Below are positions 52,191 to 64,000 of a stretch of DNA of 64,000 nt, piece after piece. The position numbers and the translations under genes are program-made. How positions within the stretch are numbered: position 1 is the first letter of the stretch; each line of letters begins with the position of its first letter. Location: NCBI GenBank assembly GCA_028023455.1, contig JAQFVV010000006.1:3658001-3722000 (forward strand). The letters run 5' to 3'. The stretch is from Epiperipatus broadwayi. Lineage: Eukaryota; Animalia; Onychophora. The notes beneath the pieces were generated by a model, which had not been told where the DNA came from, made no database searches, and was given only the letters and a program-made list of their open reading frames with translations.

Positions 52191-54408
52191 AAAATAGAAT
52201 TTACTATTCAAATTATTGGGCAAACCAGGGCATGTGGTGTTTATTTTATATATAATAAAATATTTTACTTTTAATTTGTTAGTTTGACAAATAGTGTACT
52301 GGAATCTATGATACATTTCAGGAATCTTCACAAAGATCAAAGCTTGTCTCAGGCATCATAACTCATGACATGTTTTACATTGTGGATAGGTAAGATAAAA
52401 CTGCATGGCAAAGAATTTTCTAACAGTGCATTGTAAAGAAACAAGGAAAGATATGGCATTACTTGCTAGATGTACAAACTGTAAGCTAGTAAGAATTTGG
52501 TAGTTTTTCGTCCATGTTTATATTCTAATTAAGAATTAGTAGTATAATGGTCAACAGAACCTCCCTAACCTAATCTGCCATACAAGGTACCACTAGGCCA
52601 TTTGAACCTGAAAAATTTATATAGTAGGCAGATATGCACAAGAGAGGTTACTCTTTTATTAAACTGAAAGCCCCAGTCACTAACTTAGGAAGAAGCTGAG
52701 TTTAAAATATCATACTGTATATTCAAATTTCTAATTCTTAATTTTAAATATTAATAAAATATATAAAATAAGTTACTGCCAAAATTAATTCAACAAAACA
52801 TTTTATTATAATGCACACACACACACACATTAAAAGGAAAATTCTGAAAATTAAATTAACTAATGAATATATTTTATTTAAATCATGTGCACAGATGTAA
52901 GTGTTTAATAGATTTAAATACAATTTTAATATTTTAATAAGTGTGAATATGCTAAATATATTACACATATAACCAACCCAATCCCTTTTCATCTTAGGGT
53001 AAAAATCTCGCATTCAAACCAACACTAGCTTACTGATATACCGATGTGACCAATGCAAAATGAGATTATTAGCATAACCCAACCATGCTAACAGGAATTT
53101 ACATCTGTAGCAAGATATCATTAGAGAAACAATGAAACATGGTGGGAAGGAATGAGCATCTTCCCCATGATCATTAATAAACTCACCAACAGAGAGGAAT
53201 GATCCACTGCCCAATTGATGACACAAGAATGAAATTATTTGAAATATATATACGAGAAGCTCTGCAAATGGGGATAGTGGTCTTTGCTGGCTTACTGTCC
53301 CAATCAGAGAGTAACCATTTTCTAGTGAGTATTGGACAGACAGCTAGTTAGGCTTGTTATCTAAAAAGCATCAAAGCTTGATCTAAAAAAAATTCAAATT
53401 TTAACCAGTTCAGATTTAAATGCAGGTCATAAACTGGTAGACATGTGCAAATCTAATCACAAGATCAATTACCATATATAGAAATATTAAGAGAAGAAAT
53501 AAAACATCATTTCATAAATGCCTCAGGGTAAAAATCACATCAACAGTACTCCAAAGAAGACCAGTGAAAAGAAGACACCACTTACCTGTCCCAGTTGTCA
53601 AGTGGTGAAGATATGAGTAGTTCACCTTTTAGGTTTACCTTCTAATAAGAAACTGGATACTCATTGACCAGCCCAAATTGGGTGGTTATTTAAATTTGCC
53701 AAGGTCTGGTTATCAGGAATAAAACTTAATTCAGATAAATCTTGGGGGAAAGACCATGTGTTGCACAGTCAGGTTTAAACCCAGGACAAAAGCATGGTTG
53801 ATGGTTATGTTGCTATCATTCCCATGATGCTTGTGATATATTACCCACATGCATACATAAATTCTAAAAACATTTCTGATCTGATTTTTTTTTTATTTCT
53901 CTAGAGGCTTTGTGTAGTTTATGGCCTTGCATATTTTGGTCTAGTGAGGACAGACACTAGAGCATTAGATTAATAAATCACAACCCAGTTCAATTACTTT
54001 CCAGTATTCCTTACTCCATAGTAATAAATCATTCAATTATTTATATTTCTGTTAGGGAAAAAATAATGATTATTTATTAACAATTAACTATTGCTGCTTT
54101 TTTACGTAATGCTTTGTTTAAAAAAATGATATGAAAAAAATTAGAATTAATGTAAATTATTTATAGACAATTTTATCAGGGAATGCAGGAAAACTTTACG
54201 AATTTCTGCCTGGAGTGTTATTTTGTTAAAATCATTTTTAAAAAAAAAACAAAATGGTGTTGGCTTATTATTTAAAAATAATTTAATAAAAAAGTTTCAT
54301 ATCGTAGTGATAATTTACCAATTGCCATACTTACGAACATGGGTTCAAATCTAGGCTAAGTAAAAAAAACAGTTAATCATTCCAGAACACATTGGAAACA
54401 CTCATTCA

Positions 54409-54626
54409 AAATTGGTTAGTAAAAGGTTATTTTGTTATGTTTAGCTATTGAATAAAACCACCCCAAATTGGTTGGTAAAAGGATATTTTGTTATGTTCAG
54501 ATAATGAATAAAATCATCCCAAATTGGTTGAAAAAAGGATATTTTGTTATGTTTAGTTAATGAATAAAATCATCCTAAATTGGTTGGTAAATGAATATTT
54601 TGTTATGTTTAGTTAGTGAATAAAAC
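54409..54626. repeat. 56-bp minisatellite x ~4
   Basis: aaattggtt at 54409, 54465, 54521 and 54577. Confidence 0.95.
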
Positions 54627-54888
54627 AAAAATGAAAAACTGTTCACACTCTTACCATCTGGCAATTGGTATGACTAAGTGTTGCTATTATATTTGAGACA
54701 TCATTTACCTTTCAGTGGGCTAATCGTATAAACAACTCTTGACATTTTAATAATAATACACTATAATAACGTAGGCTGAAACTAAAATAGTGACAATTGC
54801 TACTGCATTGTTTTGGTTTTTTATAGATTTAATTATGTTTCAAAGGTATATTATTTATTCTTTGACAAAAGAAACATTGGTTAAATTT

Positions 54889-55253
54889 AGTCAAAATAAG
54901 AGTCATAGATCACATGACCCTATCTCTTAAGCTTGTAAGTTATAAACAATGAGGATTGCCAATTCCTCTACAAGCTTTGTGATAAATGCTTAGCCAGAGC
55001 CAGCACTTAAAATATCTCTGTCAGGAACCCTTCCCCAAACCCCTGACCATGGTTTTGTGCTTTGGCACTCCTCAGAAAGGTGATGAGATCTAGTGTCTGA
55101 ACCTACCCTGAACACCTCTCTGAGGAGTGCCAAGGCACGAAACCATGGTCAGGGGTTTGGAGAGGGGTTTCTGACAGAGATATTTTAAGTGCTGGCTCTG
55201 ACTAAGCATTTATCACAAAGCTTGTAGAGGAATTGGCAATCCTCATTGTTTAA
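54889..55253. mobile_element. Family C hammerhead element: 139-bp inverted arms, 55-nt tail, probable 11-bp TSD
   Basis: Arms 54944-55082 and 55113-55251. TSD tggtta(a/c)attt at 54878-54888 and 55254-55264. Confidence 0.88.
55114..55156 (+). ncRNA. Type I hammerhead ribozyme (family C), canonical, predicted cleavage after C55150
   Basis: ACCUCU-CUGAGGA-GUGC CAAG GCAC-GAAA-CCAUGG-UC-AGGGGU: all core residues present, G10.1-C11.1 pair, palindrome ACCAUGGU. Confidence 0.9.
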
Positions 55254-55269
55254 TGGTTACATTTGTTTA

Positions 55270-56050
55270 CTTTTTTACAACATTAATTAAATCATAAACA
55301 CTAGATACAACAAATCAATAAAAAATACCAGATATTATTAATGGGTCAAGTTTGCTATGCTATTGCATTGAGGATTGAGAGAGTCTCAACCAGGTTTCTA
55401 TATATACCTTGAATTCAGAAACTTGTCTATCCCTTTCTCTTATTGATTCTAGCTTATTTTTAAAACCCTTTAATGGTCTTTTTGAACTGTTTTCATACAC
55501 ACATATGCATCTTGTGCACTATATATCATAGAGAACAAAGTCATTAGCATGTACATTTGAAAAATAACTCCTACCAAATTCCCTGAACATATATCCAATA
55601 TTTATTTATTTTATTCTTAAATATGACTGGTATTTCTGCCCTGATTTGGTCAGAGCTGGGACATGAGAAAAAAAAGTGAGATTGCGTTTTGGACTCTCTT
55701 TTACAAAGACTACAGCAATCTTCTATTAATCGAAACTGTCTTTTATACTTGTAAAAATATTTGGAAGGTAATGCTTCTAAGTTAATCTTAACCAGAAAAT
55801 CAAAGAATTTAAGCTCAAGTGACCAATATCTAAATTTGTGACATAGTTGTTTGATTGCAATTTCAAGTATAGACTTTTTGTGAATTTGTGTGGCTGGAGA
55901 AAGTAATAAATATACATCCCAATATTGAAATTTACCATTTGGAGGATTATAGACAAGATTCTGTATCAAGAACTAAATCTCTAATGGTCTTTAAATTTCC
56001 TGTAAGTGGAGGTGGTCTATCTGTATGGGTGATTTTAAATGCTATTTCCA
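55270..56050 (-). mobile_element. L1/Tx1-type LINE 3' fragment (zf-RVT)
   Basis: CSLCKRESKTQSHFFFSC in ORF 55571-55969; A-rich 3' end near 55270. Confidence 0.75.
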
Positions 56051-56402
56051 GGTAGGAAAGATCTCAGTATATCTTGAGATAATATTAAGTAATTTTTATA
56101 TTTCAAATATATTTACTAAATAAAGACGAAGGACACTGTTTGCATTAAATACGTTGTTTATTTTTTTAATATTAAAAATAAGTCAAACAACCGTAAGATT
56201 GTTTTTTTACAAACCATCAGTGTAATAAAAAAAACATCTTTAAATAACCTACTGCAGAACAGATTTAAACAATGACATCCCAAAAGAAAAAATGAAGAAG
56301 TCATTACTTACCAGGATTTCCAATTTTTAGATAATAAGGGGTTTGAATAGTTTTTTAATCTTGTCTTTTAACTCCCATTTGGGACTAACTATATACCCAT
56401 TT

Positions 56403-56519
56403 GTCAAGTGTTGTTAGCCAAGAGGTCATTGCATCCGCCTTGCAAGCGAGTAGTTGGTTGCAGACGGTTGTGGATTCGCGTCCCGGCCGATGCTATGACA
56501 TATGAGAAAAAAAAAAAAA
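56403..56519 (+). mobile_element. tRNA-Gly mini-SINE (second subfamily) with 16-bp TSD
   Basis: TSD aactatatacccattt at 56387-56402 and 56518-56533. Confidence 0.93.
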
Positions 56520-59500
56520 CTATATACCCATTTAACTAACTATTATCAGAAATTTAAACCAACTACCTGAAAGAAAAAATCGTAAGCCTATTTGAAATTT
56601 GAAAAAATTGTTTTACCCAACTGGATTCAAATTCAGGTTATATGCATGCAAATAGATACATTAACAATGTAGTATTAGCTGTACAGAAAACTATCCCAAC
56701 TGATAAAACAATCCTGTTCAGCTATAATATCATTTATTTAAAATTGTCTAGCAATAACTCAAAATTAATGGTTCCACCTCAAAATAGTTTATTATATATA
56801 AAATAAAGACATCATAAATGATTGTAAAATTTAAATTAAATAAGATATTATTGTAAGTCCAGATTAAATCACAGCCTAACTTTAAACAATAGAGGCAGAA
56901 TAAAGAAATATTCTTTTTAACACTTTTTAAACACATTTCCATTCAATAATTCAATATATATATAGAAAAATCTATGTAACTTACTTGCATAAAATATGCC
57001 TTGGATATAAAAAAAATATCATTGAGTATATGATCAAATGCCTATTATTGCATAATAAGAGTGCTCTTTAAAAGCATAAGCTCCTTAGAATCACAAATTT
57101 AATTTTTTAATAGATTACATATACACAGAGGGAAATCTGCCATTAAATATATCACTACAATTTTTTTTCCAATACCCTTCTTTCCGTAGAAGTATAGCAA
57201 AAAATATAAATATTATTCACAAGTATTGCCAATCAACAGATTGTAATTCTTTATAAATGAACTTATTTTCTTAGTAATAACAGCTAACTAGTCATTCAAT
57301 GATTAATATTTTGGCCAGGTTGCTACTGAAAAGGCCACTTGAAAAAAATATGCCTGATTTAGAACCTGAACAAAATCATCATTTTGTCTTGGATTACTTG
57401 AATTAATCAAGTCATAGAGATGGCAGGTAAAAGCAATAACCAACATGCCATTATTTATATATATATATATTGAATTACATGTTTCCATGAATTATTATTA
57501 TTATAACAAAATAAGAAATAAAATTATATCCATGTAAACTGAGATAACTTTTAGCTTTTAATGTTGCCAAGAAACTATCAATTACTACTAACTGACAATC
57601 TCTGAGGCTAAACAAGATTTCTCATCAACCTATAATAGCCCTTTTGAGTTGTTTACTTAAAAGCCAAGATTTTATATGGATTTAAACCCCAAAAGTTATG
57701 TATATATAAACATAGTTACAAATGAAAATATTTCAAATAGTTATCAATTAAAATTGATAGCCCCAAGATGAATCATTTGCTCTTTAAAGTAACAATAGCT
57801 TTTATCTGAAATGATAAGTAGATTCAGCTGAAAGCTATTGTTGGTTACTAGAGCATATAATTCAACTAGGGACCAACAATTTTAACTGATATATATCTAA
57901 TTTCATTGCTATTGCACATTTTCTCTAGTTATTACATGGAATTTTTCCAATTACTTCTATGTTCACATCTTAAATAATTCATGTATTTAGCATCTACATA
58001 TAGGTAAGTAAATTAAATTTTGAATAGCCAACACTATAAAAAAGGTCTCTCCAACAGACTCTTATAGAAGACAATGAAAGAGAAGATATTACTCATTATG
58101 CTTGCCAATGCAGGATAAGGTGATAGATTGAGTGTTTTTTAAAAAAAATATGTCTCATTTTGTAGTTAAAAATAATTAAATACACATTTGCACATCATTT
58201 AGCTGGGCTGACAATGAGATAGGTATCTAAAAAAAATCTAAGCATGATTAAAATAAATAAAGTTTTACCCAGCCTGCATTTGAACTCAGGCCATTGACAA
58301 GGCAAGAAGAAATCCTACCAAGATATTACATGGTCTACTTATAATCTGAAAAGATATATATATATATTTGTAATGGTATGGAGAATTTAGAATGAACCTG
58401 GCATGATGGGTTCACCATGATCAACCCCAGTTACTATAAAATTTAAATATAAAATAAAAAGAGAATGAGCATTTTATAGTGAATGTGAGGAACATGAATG
58501 ATCAGTACAGAACTAACTATAAGTTTACCAACATTACCTGACTGTAATAATCATTCATCATCATGAATAATCAACAATAGAACTTAACATTCAATCTAGT
58601 GACTGGATTTGAAATAGGTCTATTATAGACCAGACTAATTATTTAACCCTCACCAGCTTAGGACAGAATATTTAAACAACATAATAATTTGGATGTACAA
58701 ACTTAAGTGCTAATCCATAAGAATAAAACAGTCAAAAAATAATGATGGGTTATTAAAACATGCTGATCATCATCAATGCTATGGACACTTATCATTAACG
58801 TATTGGCTAACTATAAACTTAATTTCAAAATAAATAATTAAAATAAAATGTTGTGCATGGACCTTAAAAATATTCCCTTTGCACCATATAACATAATCAT
58901 CATCTAGATGCCCATAACACTAAACATATCACCTTTTTATAATAGATCATTATGTATGAATTAACCTCAGAGAATATTATCTCTATAATTGTTACAGCGA
59001 TCAAGAAATGTAATCCTAAGATATCATGTTTTAAATTTATTTTAGGATTAATTAAATTCACTGGAATAATTTTAACAATGAAATATAAATTTATTAATTA
59101 GAAATAATAAAATGAAATTAAGGTCTGCTGAATATGCCATAAATATAAATGCAGCATTCTGATTTTGATTAATATGATAAGCTATCACATTGTGACTTAC
59201 AAATGCATCATAATAGGTTAACATAAAAGACATATATCAGCACACAAACATGCTTGTATAAAAAATTACACATCAGAATTGTGAAAAACTAATAAAATTC
59301 AATAATTCATTTTAATAATTCATAAAGTATGATTAACTTTAACTTATATGTGTCTATATGACACTCATCTACCTAAGCACACAGACATGCCATAACATGA
59401 AGGAAATGTCATATAATATTAAAAAATAAGCTGTCACATTTTAATAATACCTAATGACTGTTTTCACATATATATGTAAATCCCAATGGAAATGTGGGTA

Positions 59501-61217
59501 CACACTGACATTTATATCATATGGTATTTTAATTTATCAAAATAATAAACTTATTAAAACATTATATTTTTCACAATTTCATTAAATTTGTATAAATGTG
59601 TGTATATATAAAATAGTATGAATCAAAGCTATTAACTCATTATTTCTAGTGGTAAACAATTTTTTTTCTTTTTAAAAAAATATTACTTCTTTGACAATCC
59701 ATAAAAGTTTTTCTTCTTTTTTTAGGTTACTCTTGATTAATTTTAAACATCTTTAAAAATATTCCAGTAAGTTCTTTTGTTTTCCAATCTAGAAAGATTT
59801 CTTTGAAGTTTTCTTTTTTTAATGAAATAAACTGGGAATGCATCTTACTTTTAGTTGAATAATGTTATTAACTTAAAGTCATCATCAAGAAATTATTTAA
59901 AATATCATTCTTAATATATATATATATATATATAACACTATTCACTAATTGCACTTTATATATATATATACAAAGGAATACTGATAGATTCTCTTGGTAA
60001 GCTTGTCTATTCTTAAACAGTAGACTGGCTTATTGCCATCTTTTGGAAAGGTATAATCTGGTAACTGCTGACATTCAATCATCTCCATTTAGTCTAAAAT
60101 TTGGTAGACTTCAGGCACATTTTATAACATATGTATATGAGATAGGAACCACAGAAGCTGGGTCTTTCTTTCATGTGAATCCAAACTCTATCATTTTGAA
60201 TTAGTAGTGACTGGTTCCATTGTCTCTTTTCTTCAGTTATAACTTCATAGTTCTCATCCTATCATAATCTGTAAAAACTCTAAAACTCCACTCTAACTTT
60301 TTCCCAAGTTTTTATAGTCAGACTGAAATTAAGAAAATACATTAATTAAAAGCAATTTTTTTTATCGTGATTGAAAAAAGTTAATGACACTTTCTTAATT
60401 CATATCAATACTTTTAAAAACAGTTTCAAAATATGTCATAGAAGCTTTAAATTAAAAAAAAACATTTAATCAAAATAGATAGTGAAATTTAAAAATTACC
60501 AATATACCTATTGTAACATAAAAACATGCTTATTTTAATTTCAAAATCAGAATTAATGCAATATTAATTAGACCTTTTAAAATGTTTAATTTATAATACT
60601 TTTTTAAAATTCAAAATTGTTTAATCCTTACCTATTATTCCAGTATAATATAGAAAATATCTATAAATTTTTTTTGTCTGTATTTATTTCTACTTTACCT
60701 TTCAACTTTAAATGTATATATATGCCCACACTACTATTTTGATGTATACCATGAGACACATAACAGTCTCAATATATATTTATATATGAATATTAATTTT
60801 CATGAATTGAAGAATATAGTGATCAAGTATTACTGATGATGATCAAGGAATCAGAATACTCTGTGGACTCATAAAGTTAGGTTTAGAAAACTATCACAAA
60901 CAAATAGACTTTTATCTCCCATAAAAAACAACAAAAATTATAGGTTTTCCAATCTCTAAGTTTCAAGAGTTTTAAGTATTTTTGAGTACTTGTTTCATTG
61001 TATATCTAATAATAGTTAGGTATTCATTTATTGACCAATATTAATAGCTAGAGAGATTAGTATTGAACTACCTATGTAAAAAAGGATTCTAAACTTGATT
61101 CAAACCTGAAAAAATCTAAGTTCTACTTAAAATGGATTTATATCTTGAGTCATAAGCACACAGATGAGCAAATATAGTAATCACTAAATCATAATCACAC
61201 ACATATATATACACTAT

Positions 61218-62442
61218 TTATAACTGAAACACAGGCTTGTTATATACCTGTGGCTATATATATGTAATATAGGGTATATGAGCACAGACTTTCACACCAC
61301 CCACCTCTCTCCACTCTATCTAATAACACTGATACACCTAAACACATATATGCTGAAAAGATAAATAATCACCAATATATGTTTTTCATGCTAAACCAGC
61401 AATCATCAGTTGGTCCAGACTATCATCTTTACACACATATATAGTATAAGTGCTCTGATATATATTAAGATAGACTATCCTCATAGTTTAATGGACAGGC
61501 TTCAATCCACTCCACACTCCAACTCCTCAACCATCCATCCAATTGAAAATCTGATGATGGAATGCTCAAAGGCCACCCTGACGCTGAGATTATTGTCACA
61601 CCCATGTTGACCTAAGGTCAATCTGAACCCATATGCAAGGATGGGCAGACATCTCTATAATGTAATAACTGAAACACAGGCTTGTTATATACCTGTGGCT
61701 ATATATATGTAATATAGGGTATATGAGCACAGACTTTCACACCACCCACCTCTCTCCACTCTATCTAATAACACTGATACACCTAAACACATATATGCTG
61801 AAAAGATAAATAATCACCAATATACGTGATGATTGCTGGTTTAGCATGAAATATGTATATTGGTGATTATTTATCTTTTCAGCATATATGTGTTTAGGTG
61901 TATCAGTGATATTAGATAGAGTGGAGAGAGGTGGGTGGTGTGAAAGTCTGTGCTCATATACCCTATATTACATATATATAGCCACACGTATATAACAAGC
62001 CTGTGTTTCAGTTATTACATTATAGAGATGTCTGCCCATCCTTGCATATGTATTAAATGGATTATGTCCTGTACATGTGGGGTTCAGATTGACCTTAGGT
62101 CAACATGGGTGTGACAATAATCTCGACGTCAGGGTAGCCTTTGAGCATTCCATCATCAGATTTTCAATTGGATGGACGGTTGAAGAGTTGGAGTGTGGAG
62201 TGGATTGAAGCCTGTCCATTAAACTATGAGGATAGTCTATCTTAATATATATCAGAGCACTTATACTATATATGTGTGTAAAGATGATAGTCTGGACCAA
62301 CTGATGATTGCTGGTTTAGCATGAAAAACGTATATTGGTGATTATTTATCTTTTCAGCATATATGTGTTTAGGTGTATCAGTGTTATTAGATAGAGTGGA
62401 GAGAGGTGGGTGGTGTGAAATGTTGTGCTCATATGCCCTATA
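61218..62442. mobile_element. Family B element: tandem (445-bp period, minus) then inverted tandem (475-nt hammerhead spacing, plus)
   Basis: ataactgaaacacagg at 61220 and 61665. Hammerheads at 61371-61414 (-), 61827-61866 (+, 5'-truncated) and 62296-62339 (+). Possible TSD atacactat at 61209 and 62443. Confidence 0.93.
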
Positions 62443-62445
62443 ATA

Positions 62446-62448
<3 letters not shown>

Positions 62449-62508
<60 letters not shown>
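62449..62508. repeat. (TA)n microsatellite
   Basis: Direct reading. Confidence 0.97.
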
Positions 62509-62512
<4 letters not shown>

Positions 62513-64000
62513 AATTGTAACATTTTTCATGGTTAGTAGATTCTGGTAGGCCTTTTTTTACACTATGATGTGAAAGTTAATCAAGCTATGGATAAGAAAA
62601 TATCTTATTTGTATTTCTAAAAACATAGCCACATTTCCTGATTAACTGTCCTACTAATTATTGTGACCAGAATTGCCGATGAAGTTAGTTTTAATTTATA
62701 AGAGATTGTCATAGTCAATAGACTCCTAACTTCCTCGTATTCCATAATTTTGATGCAAATAACTAAAAGGTCAGGATTATGATTTCCCGTAACTTTATTT
62801 ATTTTTTTAGAGAATATTATTCCTGGAGCTTGGTCAATAACTATTAAATAGAATGGCAACAGTAATTTCTTTAATTAAATATTAATTAACGAACATTCAC
62901 AACATCTAATATTCAAATTAAGAACGTACAAAGAGAGTGCTAAATTAATACTAAATGTTTTATTAAAATCTATTTAAAATATTTATGCAAAAATTAATAA
63001 AAAAAAAATTCGAAAAAAAAACATACACAATCCAAATATAAATCAGCTGAAAATTCTTGTTCCATTTAAATTCTCCTAGCTAGTTCTTTTAAACATTGAA
63101 AAGTAGTCACTATTGGTATGATCATTAATGGTTAGCGTTAATTGGTTAATAATTAAAGTCACAAATTGGGAGTAAATAATCTTAACTTACCAGTAAGCTT
63201 GTATAAGTTTTTATAATATACATATCTTCCTTTGGGATCCTGTGTTCCTTGATATTTAATTGATCTCTCCTGCCAGTATCTGGCTCATTCCATAGCTGGA
63301 GCAAAAAGCTCATTGTGATGATCTCTTCATTGCAAAAGACTGTATTTGCGTGGCTTCATTTCTATTCTTGCATGACAGCTTCATTCAGCAAGGGAGTAGT
63401 GTTCCTGTGCAAATGCATTTCACCATAATAAGTCACTGTCACAGAAATCTCCACTCTAAGAACACAACCAGAAAATAAAAAAAGACCCAGATCGAAGTTG
63501 TCCTCTTCTTTTTATACCCCGATCCAGTTTTGAAACTTCTGCACATATTATTATCATGACCCTTAAGTTTATAATTTTATTCATTTATTTTTAACTTTCT
63601 ATAACAAAGTTCTTTTTTTAGTAAATCATTTCCACCATCTTTAATCAATATCCTAAAGGTTTTCTTGATCGTAATCTCTGTACTTTTGGAATTCTTTTTA
63701 GTTTATCTGGATTAGTAATCTGCATGCCTTTCTTTTATTCTTTCTAATTTCAACTTTTATTAAACTATGAATAAATAATTCCAACCAAAAAAATCAATTC
63801 TCATTGTATGTTTTAAAAAAATAAATTTCACAAAGTAAAAAAAAAAATTAAAACTGTGTTAATTTAAAAGATCTTTAAATTTACTTTTTTTAGCTCTTAA
63901 ATATTCTCAAATGTCAATATATTTGGACCATCTATTTGTAGATGGTACAGAATATATTAATCACTAAATCTTCTGTGCACACTTATGAACACTGTTTATA

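Noticed and set aside
53100-53170. Tc1-like TMKHGG peptide
   Set aside because: Only six residues match and the flanking DDE motifs are absent.
58262-58295. Scattered B-box-like fragments (also ~38410, 44670, 53405, 54340, 56605)
   Set aside because: Probably relics of an old SINE, but each is under 35 bp and I could not establish boundaries.
61410-62523. Mirror-image 66-aa ORFs (61410+, 62100-) and similar ORFs at 25522 and 62266
   Set aside because: By-products of the inverted family B repeat. The frame is disrupted in the 25.5-kb copy, so coding is not conserved.
63191-63330. Possible minus-strand coding exon (MSFLLQLWNEPDTG...TSLL|gtaagt) and other candidate exons (59980-60260, 53587-53643, 45938-45990, 35640-35757; plus strand 52322-52389, 6933-6976)
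   Set aside because: Splice-like signals are present, but I recognised no protein and could not chain the phases into a consistent ORF. RNA-seq or BLASTx is needed.

Overview
Very AT-rich eukaryotic (probably invertebrate) non-coding DNA. I could not support any host protein-coding gene; every ORF I recognised is a decayed retroelement fragment: Penelope-like RT plus GIY-YIG, RTE-clade LINEs, L1/Tx1-type zinc-finger tails and one unassigned LINE. The dominant unexplained signal is about 20 dispersed non-coding inserts from at least three unrelated families (A, B, C). Each family carries a minimal type I hammerhead ribozyme (CUGANGA...GAAA...UH) with its own palindromic stem III: ACTAGT, ATACGTAT or ACCATGGT. 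The inserts occur as partial tandem monomers (about 448, 209 and 475 nt) and as asymmetric inverted pairs with 11-16 bp target-site duplications and a fixed 3' tail, as expected for Penelope-mobilised non-LTR retrozymes (candidate circRNA replicons). Also present are a 156-bp x6 hairpin array with the same insertion architecture, a roughly 100-bp tRNA-Gly SINE with TSDs, fold-back MITEs and several mini/microsatellites. Coordinates were counted by eye and may be off by a few bases; ribozyme activity is predicted, not shown.
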